Made by a program: the position numbers and the translations under genes. Shown piece after piece: positions 8,814 through 16,715 of a stretch of DNA of 51,545 nucleotides; position 1 is the stretch's first letter; every line of letters starts with the position of its first letter. Location: contig JBDTZG010000040.1 in the NCBI GenBank assembly GCA_040005235.1, positions 1 through 51,545 of the forward strand, in the 5' to 3' direction. The notes below the pieces were generated by a model that was not told the origin of the DNA, ran no database searches, and saw only the letters and a program-made list of their open reading frames with translations. The stretch is from Acidobacteriota bacterium. GTDB taxonomy: Bacteria > Acidobacteriota > Thermoanaerobaculia > Multivoradales > UBA5704.

Positions 8814-10634
8814 ATGCTAGTCGACAGTTCCAAAAAATTATTGATATTGCGCATTGCCTACGCCGGCGCGCCGCTGTCCGGAAAAACGGCGACGATGAAG
8901 GCTCTGATGTCGATCCTTCGCAGTCAGACCACGGGAGATCTGGTCTACTCGCCGCTCGAAGCGCGCGGCCGGACGATCTATTTCGATTGGGCGGAATACC
9001 AGGGCGGCAGCTTTCGCGACGGCCAGGTGAAGTGTCAGATCACCTCGGTGCCGGGGCAGGAATCCCTCCGCCGCCGCCGCAACCTGCTGATCGAAGCGGC
9101 CGACGCCGTGGTGTTCGTGATCGACTCCCGGTCCGACCAGATGGAGGTCAACCGGAAGAGCCTCGCCGAGCTTCGCCCGTGGCTCGACCGGTACGACCTC
9201 GCGCCGATTGACGTCGTCTACCAATGCAACAAACGCGATCTTCCGGGCACCCTCGGAATGGATCAGATCCGCGAGGAGCTGGCCCTCGGTTCCGAGGCGG
9301 AGCTGTACGAGAGCTCGGCTCTCCAGGGAGACGGCGTCCGCATCGCCTTCGTCGCGGCGGTTCGCTTCGGCGTCCGGCAGGCCGAGATCCTCCGCGCTTC
9401 GAACCGGCTGCCGACCGGTACGCCGGAGATCGCGACCGGCGAGCAGCTGCTGGATCAGGTGCGGCTCGCCGACGACCCCAGCGCGTCCCCGACGGAGCCG
9501 GAGCCCGCTCCGGCACCGGTCCCGGTTCCGCCACCTGTTCCGCCACCGACGTCCCCCGCTCCCCTTTCGGCATCTCCTGCGGCTCAGGCCTCTGCGCAGA
9601 CAACGTCGCCGGCCTCGCCGCAATCGCGACCTGCCGTGATGCCCATGGCCGATTGGTTGGCCGAGCGGGCGGCGCAGGTCGGCCACGGGGCTCGGCCGGC
9701 GACGGCGATGACGCCTGAGTCCCTAAAGACCGTAGCGACCCCGGAGACCCCGGAACCCCCCGAGATCCCGGAGGCCGCGAAGAACGCCGATGCCGAAATC
9801 CTCGAGGCGATGGCTTCCGAGTCGACGGTAGAGCCGGTCGACGTCGAAGCCATGAAGATCGTCGCCACCGCGCCTACCTCCGCGGTTCCGAAGCCGCCGG
9901 AACCCCAGGGGCCGACGGCGCGACCCGCGCCCTGGCTTCGCGGAGGAGAAGCCGGGGTGCTGGCCGCTTGGCCGGCCGGGATCTGGGAGGCGATCCGGCT
10001 TTCGGTCGATCCGAGCCTCGATCCGCCGAAGGCGAACCTGGAGGTGCTCCAGGGCCGCATCGGAGGCGGGTGGCACGCCCGCTCGGGCGGGTTATGCAAG
10101 AGCCTCGAAGAAGGGCGGGCTCAATCTCAGCGGCTGGTCGATTGGCTGACCCGGCTGGGCGACGCTGTTTCGGTGCAGCGCTGCATCGTCCTTTCGGTCG
10201 TCGCGGAGGGCTGGCGGGTCTGGCAGCTGGGCCGCGAGCTGCCGACCCTCGGCATGCTTCTCCAACAAGGCCTGGAACCGGGCCTGCCGTCGCGGAAAGC
10301 GGTGCAGATCCTCTCCCAGATCTCGTCCGACTTCGTCTCCACCTACCGGGATTTCGCGGACCGCAAGGTGGAGCTTCCGCTGCTGCTCCGCACCCTCGCC
10401 AAGGAACACGGCAAAACGGTCTACTCGGGGTTCCTGCCCAATTCGCCCGTCCCCCTGCGGGAAGCGGATCCTCTGGCTCAGCTGGAGAGCGAGCTTCTCC
10501 TGCTCGCCAAGGCTCACAGGTTGGGCGCGCTCGACATCCCCGAGACCTTGACCGAGCTGGAGCTGTTGAGCGCCAGATCCCCCGCTGTTCTTCCCATCGT
10601 TGAACTCTTGCAGTCCTTGTTGATCGGAGAGTAG
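8814..10634 (+). CDS. MglA-family small GTPase with Pro-rich linker and unknown C-terminal domain (606 aa)
   Basis: RIAYAGAPLSGKT (G1), GRTIYFDW (MglA RTLFFDF, with Arg finger), SVPGQ (G3, MglA TVPGQ), ADAVVFVIDS, NKRDLP (G4) and SA (G5). Residues ~220-370 are P/A/E-rich. Confidence 0.85.
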   Translation: MLVDSSKKLLILRIAYAGAPLSGKTATMKALMSILRSQTTGDLVYSPLEARGRTIYFDWAEYQGGSFRDGQVKCQITSVPGQESLRRRRNLLIEAADAVVFVIDSRSDQMEVNRKSLAELRPWLDRYDLAPIDVVYQCNKRDLPGTLGMDQIREELALGSEAELYESSALQGDGVRIAFVAAVRFGVRQAEILRASNRLPTGTPEIATGEQLLDQVRLADDPSASPTEPEPAPAPVPVPPPVPPPTSPAPLSASPAAQASAQTTSPASPQSRPAVMPMADWLAERAAQVGHGARPATAMTPESLKTVATPETPEPPEIPEAAKNADAEILEAMASESTVEPVDVEAMKIVATAPTSAVPKPPEPQGPTARPAPWLRGGEAGVLAAWPAGIWEAIRLSVDPSLDPPKANLEVLQGRIGGGWHARSGGLCKSLEEGRAQSQRLVDWLTRLGDAVSVQRCIVLSVVAEGWRVWQLGRELPTLGMLLQQGLEPGLPSRKAVQILSQISSDFVSTYRDFADRKVELPLLLRTLAKEHGKTVYSGFLPNSPVPLREADPLAQLESELLLLAKAHRLGALDIPETLTELELLSARSPAVLPIVELLQSLLIGE

Positions 10635-10639
10635 GGGCC

Positions 10640-11602
10640 ATGGCAAACGTACTTTGGCTTCAAGGCGGCGCCTGTTCGGGCAACAGCATGTCGTTTCTAA
10701 ACGCCGAGGAACCGAGCGCCTGCGAACTGATCACGACGTTTGGAGTGAACCTCCTGTGGCATCCGTCGTTGGGGATGGAGCTGGGCGACAACCTGATCCA
10801 GCTGCTCGAAGATTGCGCATCGGGCCGAAAAAAGCTCGACATCTTCGTCTTCGAGGGGACGGTCGTCCACGCGCCGGACGGCTCCGGCAACTGGAACCGG
10901 TTCGCCGGCAGGCCGATGAAGGAGTGGGTGAAGATCCTTTCGGCCGCCGCCGACTACGTGGTCGCGATCGGCGACTGCGCCACCTGGGGCGGCATACCGA
11001 CCACGGCGCCCAATCCGACCGAATCGACCGGCCTGCAGTACCTCAAGCGGAGCAAGGGCGGCGCTCTGGGCTCGACCTTTCAGAGCAAGAACGGCCTGCC
11101 GGTCGTGAACATCCCGGGATGTCCCGCCCACCCCGATTGGATCACCCAGATCCTGGTCGCTTTGGCCACCGGCCGGATCGAGGATCTCGATCTAGACGAC
11201 CTGCAACGGCCGCGGACCTTCTTTGCGAGCTTCACGCAGACCGGCTGCACCCGCAACATGCATTTCGTCTGGAAGGTGTCGTCGACCGAGTTCGGCCAGC
11301 GGAAAGGTTGCCTGTTCTACGACCTGGGCTGCCGCGGTCCGATGACCCATAGCCCGTGCAACCGGATCCTCTGGAATCGTCAATCCTCGAAGACCCGGGC
11401 GGGAATGCCCTGCCTGGGATGCACCGAGCCGGAGTTCCCTTTCTTCGACCTGGCGCCGGGCACGGTGTTCAAGACGCAGACCATGATGGGTTTCCCGAAG
11501 GAGATGCCGGCGGGAATCGACAAGAGCGGCTACATCAAGCTCACCGCGGCGTCCAAGATGGCGGCTCCGGCCTGGACCGAAGACGATTTTTTCGTAGTCT
11601 AA
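10640..11602 (+). CDS. hupS: Group 2a [NiFe]-hydrogenase small subunit, copy 2
   Basis: Same length and Fe-S ligand set as copy 1. About 69 of 320 positions differ by hand count. Starts 5 bp after the GTPase stop. Confidence 0.95.
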   Translation: MANVLWLQGGACSGNSMSFLNAEEPSACELITTFGVNLLWHPSLGMELGDNLIQLLEDCASGRKKLDIFVFEGTVVHAPDGSGNWNRFAGRPMKEWVKILSAAADYVVAIGDCATWGGIPTTAPNPTESTGLQYLKRSKGGALGSTFQSKNGLPVVNIPGCPAHPDWITQILVALATGRIEDLDLDDLQRPRTFFASFTQTGCTRNMHFVWKVSSTEFGQRKGCLFYDLGCRGPMTHSPCNRILWNRQSSKTRAGMPCLGCTEPEFPFFDLAPGTVFKTQTMMGFPKEMPAGIDKSGYIKLTAASKMAAPAWTEDDFFVV

Positions 11603-11632
11603 TCATGACCCCCTCCTCGGGAGATCCCGGTA

Positions 11633-13231
11633 ATGGCAGCCACCCGCACCCTTGACATCAGTCCCGTCGGCCGAGTGGAGGGCGACCTCGACGTCCGGGT
11701 CGACATCCAGGACGGAATCGTCGTCGATTCCTGGACCTCGGCCGAATTGTTTCGCGGCTTCGAGGTCATCCTGCGCGACAAGGATCCGCAGGCCGGCCTG
11801 GTCGTGACGCCGCGCGTCTGCGGCATTTGCGGCGCGTCCCACTTGACCTGCGCCGCCTGGGCGCTCGACACCGCCTGGGGCGCCGAGGTGCCGAGGAACG
11901 CGATCCTGACGCGCAATCTTGGGCAGATCGTCGAAAGCCTGCAGAGCCTGCCGCGCCATCACTACGGTCTGTTCCAGATCGACTTCACCAACGCCAACTA
12001 CCGCAAAAGCCCCTTCTACGAAGAGGCGGTGCGACGGTGGACGCCGTTTACCGGCACCAACTACCGGATCGGCATCGGCATCTCCGGCAAGCCGGTGGAG
12101 ATCTACGCGCTGTTCGGCGGCCAGTGGCCGCATTCGAGCTTCATGGTTCCGGGCGGCGTAATGTGCGCCCCCACGCTCACCGACGTCACCCGCTCCTGGT
12201 CGATCCTGGAATACTTCCGCCGCACCTGGATCGAGCCGGTCTGGCTGGGCTGCTCGATGGAGCGCTACGAGGAGATCCGCAGCTACCAGGACTTCATGGC
12301 CTGGCTCGAAGAAAGCCCCGCGCACGCCAACTCCGACCTCGGTCTGTTCTGGCGCATGGGCGTCGACGTAGGCGTCGATCGCTACGGCGGCGGTCACCGG
12401 AAGTTCTTGAGCTGGGGCTACCTGCCGCATGAGGACAAGTATCAAAAACCGACGGTCGAAGGGCGCAACGAGGCCCTGATCATGAAGAACGGCATCTACG
12501 ACTTCCACCTCGACCAGCATCGCGAGACGTCGCAGGAGATGGTGCGGGAAAGCACCGGCCGCGCCTGGTACGACGAGGGCGAAAAGCCGGTTCACCCGTT
12601 CGACCGCCTGACCCGGCCGATCAATAAGAACGACCGTGACTTCGACGGCAAATACTCCTGGTCCACCGCCGTCAGTCATGCCGAAGAGGGACGTCTGGAA
12701 GCGGGCCCCTTGTCGCGGCAGCTGGTCGCCGGCGGACCGCAGGAGCGCGCCTTCCAGCACAACGACCCGCTGGTGCTCGACATGATGAAGACGATGGGGG
12801 GCCCAAGCCTCCTGCTGCGCCACTTCGCGCGCATGCACGAGCTGGTCAAGCTCTACCGCCAGGCCGAGCGCTGCCTGCGCGAGCTCCGCCTGGACGAACC
12901 GTTCTATATCAAGCCCGAGGAGCGGGACGGTCGCGGCTGGGGAGCGACCGAGGCGATCCGCGGCGCGCTCTGCCACTGGATCGACGTCAAGGACGGCAAG
13001 ATCAAAAACTACCAGATCATCGCGCCGACCACCTGGAACGTCGGTCCGCGCGACGGCCAGGGCAACCGGGGACCGATCGAACAGGCCCTCTTGGGCGTGC
13101 CGATCGCCAATCCCGCCGACCCCGTGGAGGTAGGACACGTCGCCCGCTCGTTCGACTCGTGCCTGGTGTGTACCGTACACGCCCACGACGCCAAAACCGG
13201 GAAAGAACTGGCTCGTTTCAAGACGTCGTAA
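11633..13231 (+). CDS. hupL: Group 2a [NiFe]-hydrogenase large subunit (HupL/HucL)
   Basis: GRVEGDL, FRGFE, L1 motif PRVCGICGASH, L2 motif SFDSCLVCTVH followed by a 16-aa cleavable tail. 532 aa. Confidence 0.95.
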   Translation: MAATRTLDISPVGRVEGDLDVRVDIQDGIVVDSWTSAELFRGFEVILRDKDPQAGLVVTPRVCGICGASHLTCAAWALDTAWGAEVPRNAILTRNLGQIVESLQSLPRHHYGLFQIDFTNANYRKSPFYEEAVRRWTPFTGTNYRIGIGISGKPVEIYALFGGQWPHSSFMVPGGVMCAPTLTDVTRSWSILEYFRRTWIEPVWLGCSMERYEEIRSYQDFMAWLEESPAHANSDLGLFWRMGVDVGVDRYGGGHRKFLSWGYLPHEDKYQKPTVEGRNEALIMKNGIYDFHLDQHRETSQEMVRESTGRAWYDEGEKPVHPFDRLTRPINKNDRDFDGKYSWSTAVSHAEEGRLEAGPLSRQLVAGGPQERAFQHNDPLVLDMMKTMGGPSLLLRHFARMHELVKLYRQAERCLRELRLDEPFYIKPEERDGRGWGATEAIRGALCHWIDVKDGKIKNYQIIAPTTWNVGPRDGQGNRGPIEQALLGVPIANPADPVEVGHVARSFDSCLVCTVHAHDAKTGKELARFKTS

Positions 13232-13244
13232 GGAGGCCTTCCTT

Positions 13245-14342
13245 ATGGCACAGTGGGAACCGCAGATTCGCACCAACCTGGACGATGAGGTCTACCAGGA
13301 ACAGCTCGACAGATTTCTGAGCAGCGTTCCCGGAACCCTCGGCGCGGGCTTTGTGAACACCCGTTTTCACGAGGGCGTCTACCGCCAATCCGGAGGCCGC
13401 GCGGGAGAGGCCGAAGAGCTGCGGACGATGATCGATCTCACCACCGGCCTGTTCGGCGGTCCGGAAGCCGAAAAGGACCCCGGCTTTGTGCAGGCGTTCG
13501 CCGCGATCCGTCCGATCGAATCCGCCTACTTCAATTTCCGCGAAGAGACCCTGCTCTTGAGTCGCGTGGGCGACACCGAGAACGCCCTTGTGCTGACCGT
13601 CTCCGCGAGCCTCAACCAGGCGGCGGCGTTGAGCCTTCGACGCTCGGTCACCGAACAGGTCCAGGTCTCAGGGAAGACGGAGATCGGTCCCACTCTCGAA
13701 GCCACCAACGAGGTCTTGCTCGGCCTCCTCCTCGACCTCAAGGCGGGCGAGGTTCTGGATCGGTACGAGCGCTTCGAAGAGGTCTCGGTGGTCAAGCCGG
13801 ACGGTGACCTGACCGAGCTCGTGCGCGACCTTTTCTTAGCGAACGGACCGGCGCGCGGGGTGAACCTCCACCATCGCGACGTCAAGTCGATCGAGATACG
13901 CCGCGCGGAAATCGTGACGCCGACGCGCAGCTTCCTCTGGGCACGGCTCAATTTCGACCCCGAGCATCTGATGGTGGTATCCGCCGACCGGCGGGTCATT
14001 CCCGGCCTGCTCGCGATCATGATGCGCGCGATCGAGGTCGAAACCGTGAGGATCTGGGTCGACGGCCTCTTAAGCTACGGCATCAAATCGACCATGAGCC
14101 CGTTCCCCGACACCCAGTCGGAGTTTCTCGCCATCGTCCGCGATCTTCGCCGGCTCGAAAAGAACGACCTCCTGGGCAGGCTCGATCTCGGAGGCTTCGC
14201 CAACTACACCGTCGGCGAAGGCGAAGAGATGCAGCGCTGCCAGGAGTGCATCTATTACCTGCCCAACGGCAAGTGGTGCGACCTGCCCGAGCTGCCGGTA
14301 CCCGTCGAGCCCCACTGGTGGTGCCGGCTTTGGAAGATGTAA
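13245..14342 (+). CDS. Fusion protein: two Roadblock/LC7 (MglB-like) domains plus C-terminal HiPIP-like 4-Cys module
   Basis: The C-terminal ~95 aa are clearly homologous to 7424-7768 (CQECIYY...WC...WWCRLW, same Cys spacing). The N-terminal part has Roadblock-like patterns (FLSSVPGTLGAGFVN...IESAYFNFREETLLLSRV...LVLTVSASLNQAAAL and IRRAEIVTPTRSFLWARL...LMVVSADRRVIPGLL). The CDS is secure; the Roadblock assignment is by eye. Confidence 0.7.
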   Translation: MAQWEPQIRTNLDDEVYQEQLDRFLSSVPGTLGAGFVNTRFHEGVYRQSGGRAGEAEELRTMIDLTTGLFGGPEAEKDPGFVQAFAAIRPIESAYFNFREETLLLSRVGDTENALVLTVSASLNQAAALSLRRSVTEQVQVSGKTEIGPTLEATNEVLLGLLLDLKAGEVLDRYERFEEVSVVKPDGDLTELVRDLFLANGPARGVNLHHRDVKSIEIRRAEIVTPTRSFLWARLNFDPEHLMVVSADRRVIPGLLAIMMRAIEVETVRIWVDGLLSYGIKSTMSPFPDTQSEFLAIVRDLRRLEKNDLLGRLDLGGFANYTVGEGEEMQRCQECIYYLPNGKWCDLPELPVPVEPHWWCRLWKM

Positions 14343-14346
14343 GGGG

Positions 14347-16503
14347 CTAAGGACGGGCGCCGGACATGCTGTATTCGAAAAGTCCCGGAGCGGCCGAGGT
14401 GGCGGCGTACAACGTCCAGCCGCCCTCCTGCCCCGGTTGCAGGTCGAGACCGACGACTTCGGCGCGCAACGTTCGCGGACCCAGCGCCTGCCAGGTCGTG
14501 CCGGCGTCGAGCGAGCGGAAGACTCCGCGGCTGGTTGCCGCGAACAGGATCCGAGCCACAGGCGGAACCGCGTCGGCGGAGGGCGAAGAAAAACCGCTGG
14601 CCAGGAACCTGTGGACCGTGGTTCCCGCCGGCAAGCCGCGGCCAAACGGCACAAAACTCCGGCAACCGTCGGTACTCCGCCATAGCCCGGGGTTCGGCCC
14701 GCCGACCGCCGCCAAAAGCGGCGACGGCTCGCCCGGAATCGGCTGGCGCGGTGGCAACGTCGCTAGCGCCTCGACGGGCCTCGGTAAACCGTCGGCGAGA
14801 CATGCCTGCCAGGGTCCATCGACGTTCGAGCGCACGAAGAGAGCGGTGCCACCGGCATACGTAACGCCGTTCGTCGGATCCTGAGCCAGCGCCCGCAGGA
14901 AACCTGTCCGAGCCGATGGCGTGCCACTCGGGTCGATGCCGTCGACCGACAGTTTCCAACTGCTGCCCCCGTCTTCGCTCTGCCAAGCCGTCGGAATCGG
15001 TAAGGCGCCACAGAACGGCAGACCGCACGGCACATACTGAGCTCCCGCGGCGAGGACCGTGCCGGAGGCGGTGACCAGCACGTCGTTCAGCGTACCCACC
15101 GTGCTCTCGGCACGGAGCCAGTGGGCGCCTCCGTCCCGGCTGGCGAAGATTCCGGCGGCGCTGGCGGCATAGACCCGGCGCGGCCGATCCGGGTCGAACG
15201 CCAACGCCATCACGACCGGTGCCGCGCCGCGAAATGCCAGGCCGAGATCCGACGGTTGCCAAACGCTCCCGGCCGCGGTCCGGCGCGCCAGGCCCGCGCC
15301 GCCCCCGCCAAACTCCGTACCCGCCGTCGTCGCGACCAGCACGTCTCCTTCGGTCCGTGGGTTTGAGGTCGGAGCGACGGCTACCGCGCTGCCGCCCAGC
15401 GCCGTCAGCCCCGCCGTCACCGCCTGCCATCGTGCGCCGCCGTCCCGGCTGATCAAGAGGCCCCGCCCGTACACACCGGCGACCACCGTCCCCTCATCGC
15501 TCGAAGACGTCGCCACCGTCTGCAGAATCGGCGTTTGTCGCTCGCGGCGCCAGGTCGCCCCGGCGTCCGACGTTCGCCACAGCTCGCCACGGACATCTTG
15601 GCCGAAGCGGTTCACGGCCACCAGGACCTTTCCCGGCGCGTGCGGATCGATGGTGATGGCCGCAAAGTCGATCTCGCCGTCCGGTCCAAGCCTGGCGAGA
15701 GACGGCCGCCAGTGCCCGCCGCCGTCCAGGCTCTTGAAGACGGTCGCGCCATCGAGATTGGCGGCGTACACGTTCGCCGAGGTCTGGGGGTCGACGGCGA
15801 TGGCGACGACGAACACCGCTCTCGGATTCGCGGACAACCCTTCGTTCATCAGGGTCCAAGCACCGCCGCCGTCGACAGTTTTCAGCACCCCGCCATTGGT
15901 CGCCGCGTAGACCACCGCCGATGTCGAGGGGTCGACCGTCAGGTCATGGACGTAGAAGCCGATGGCGAGGGGCGCGGTCGGCTGCCAACTGGCGCCGCCG
16001 TCGGTGCTTCGCAGGATCGCCTCGCGAGTCGTGGCGTAGAGCACCGACGGAGCGACCGGTGAGCGCGAGAGCAATGCCACTGGAGGACCCGCGGCCACCC
16101 AGCTCTCCCCTCCCGACATGGTTCGGAACAGTCCGGCACCCGTCGCAGCCAGGACGATCCGAGGGTCGCGCGGGTCGATGTCGAGGTCGCTGATCCGGAG
16201 CCGGCCCGGCGCGTCGAGGCCGCGGCTCGCGGCGCGCCAGGAGCGTCCGCCGTCGAGGCTTTTCCAGACCCCTGCATCGGCGGTCCCCGCATAAAGGATC
16301 GCCGGCTGGCTCGGATCGAACGCCACGGCGGTCACCGTTCCGCCGGTCACACCCGACGGAGTCCAGCGGTTGACGCCCGCGTGGAGGGCGGAGGCGACGG
16401 TTCCGAGGACGAGCAGCGCGACGCTCGCGCGAGCGAGCCACTTCGAGCCCGGTTGTAAAGCACCAGAGGATATTAAGCCGAGGATTGAGCCAGGCAAACG
16501 CAT
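14347..16503 (-). CDS. Secreted BNR/Asp-box beta-propeller protein (VPS10/YCF48-like)
   Basis: Signal-like segment ending ALHA and about a dozen S/TxDGGxxW Asp-boxes. Confidence 0.8.
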   Translation of the reverse strand: MRLPGSILGLISSGALQPGSKWLARASVALLVLGTVASALHAGVNRWTPSGVTGGTVTAVAFDPSQPAILYAGTADAGVWKSLDGGRSWRAASRGLDAPGRLRISDLDIDPRDPRIVLAATGAGLFRTMSGGESWVAAGPPVALLSRSPVAPSVLYATTREAILRSTDGGASWQPTAPLAIGFYVHDLTVDPSTSAVVYAATNGGVLKTVDGGGAWTLMNEGLSANPRAVFVVAIAVDPQTSANVYAANLDGATVFKSLDGGGHWRPSLARLGPDGEIDFAAITIDPHAPGKVLVAVNRFGQDVRGELWRTSDAGATWRRERQTPILQTVATSSSDEGTVVAGVYGRGLLISRDGGARWQAVTAGLTALGGSAVAVAPTSNPRTEGDVLVATTAGTEFGGGGAGLARRTAAGSVWQPSDLGLAFRGAAPVVMALAFDPDRPRRVYAASAAGIFASRDGGAHWLRAESTVGTLNDVLVTASGTVLAAGAQYVPCGLPFCGALPIPTAWQSEDGGSSWKLSVDGIDPSGTPSARTGFLRALAQDPTNGVTYAGGTALFVRSNVDGPWQACLADGLPRPVEALATLPPRQPIPGEPSPLLAAVGGPNPGLWRSTDGCRSFVPFGRGLPAGTTVHRFLASGFSSPSADAVPPVARILFAATSRGVFRSLDAGTTWQALGPRTLRAEVVGLDLQPGQEGGWTLYAATSAAPGLFEYSMSGARP

Positions 16504-16663
16504 TGCGAAATCTCCACGGTAGAAACTTCGTGAGGGCGAGTCAGGTGTTGTCCTGGTGGGTCTACGCCCCGGCGCCTGCTAGCGTCTATCCGGGTCTGCC
16601 ATCGCGGTCTCGCCGTCTCACCCTGCGCGGCCAAAACCTCACCGCTTGAAGGCGCGCAGAAAT

Positions 16664-16703
16664 GGCGCCGGTGCCGGCTCGCTCGCGCGACCGGACCGGC
16701 GCC
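16664..16703 (-). terminator. Probable terminator hairpin downstream of fhs
   Basis: GGCGCCGGT(G)CCGG...CCGGACCGGCGCC inverted repeat 12 bp past the fhs stop, followed by ATTT on the minus strand. Confidence 0.5.
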
Positions 16704-16715
16704 CTTGAAGCTTCA

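Noticed and set aside
8815-8834. Sigma54 promoter for small subunit 1 (TGGAAC...TAGCA on the minus strand)
   Set aside because: GG-to-GC spacing is 12 nt rather than the required 10.
8814-9450. GTPase as HypB nickel-insertion GTPase
   Set aside because: Motifs are Ras-like MglA type (RTxxFD, VPGQ, NKRD), not HypB (CH metal motif, ENVGNLVCP, NKxDL in a SIMIBI fold).
11603-13276. 557-aa minus-strand ORF as a possible second large subunit for small subunit 1
   Set aside because: It is the antisense of hupL and has no CxxC L1/L2 motifs.
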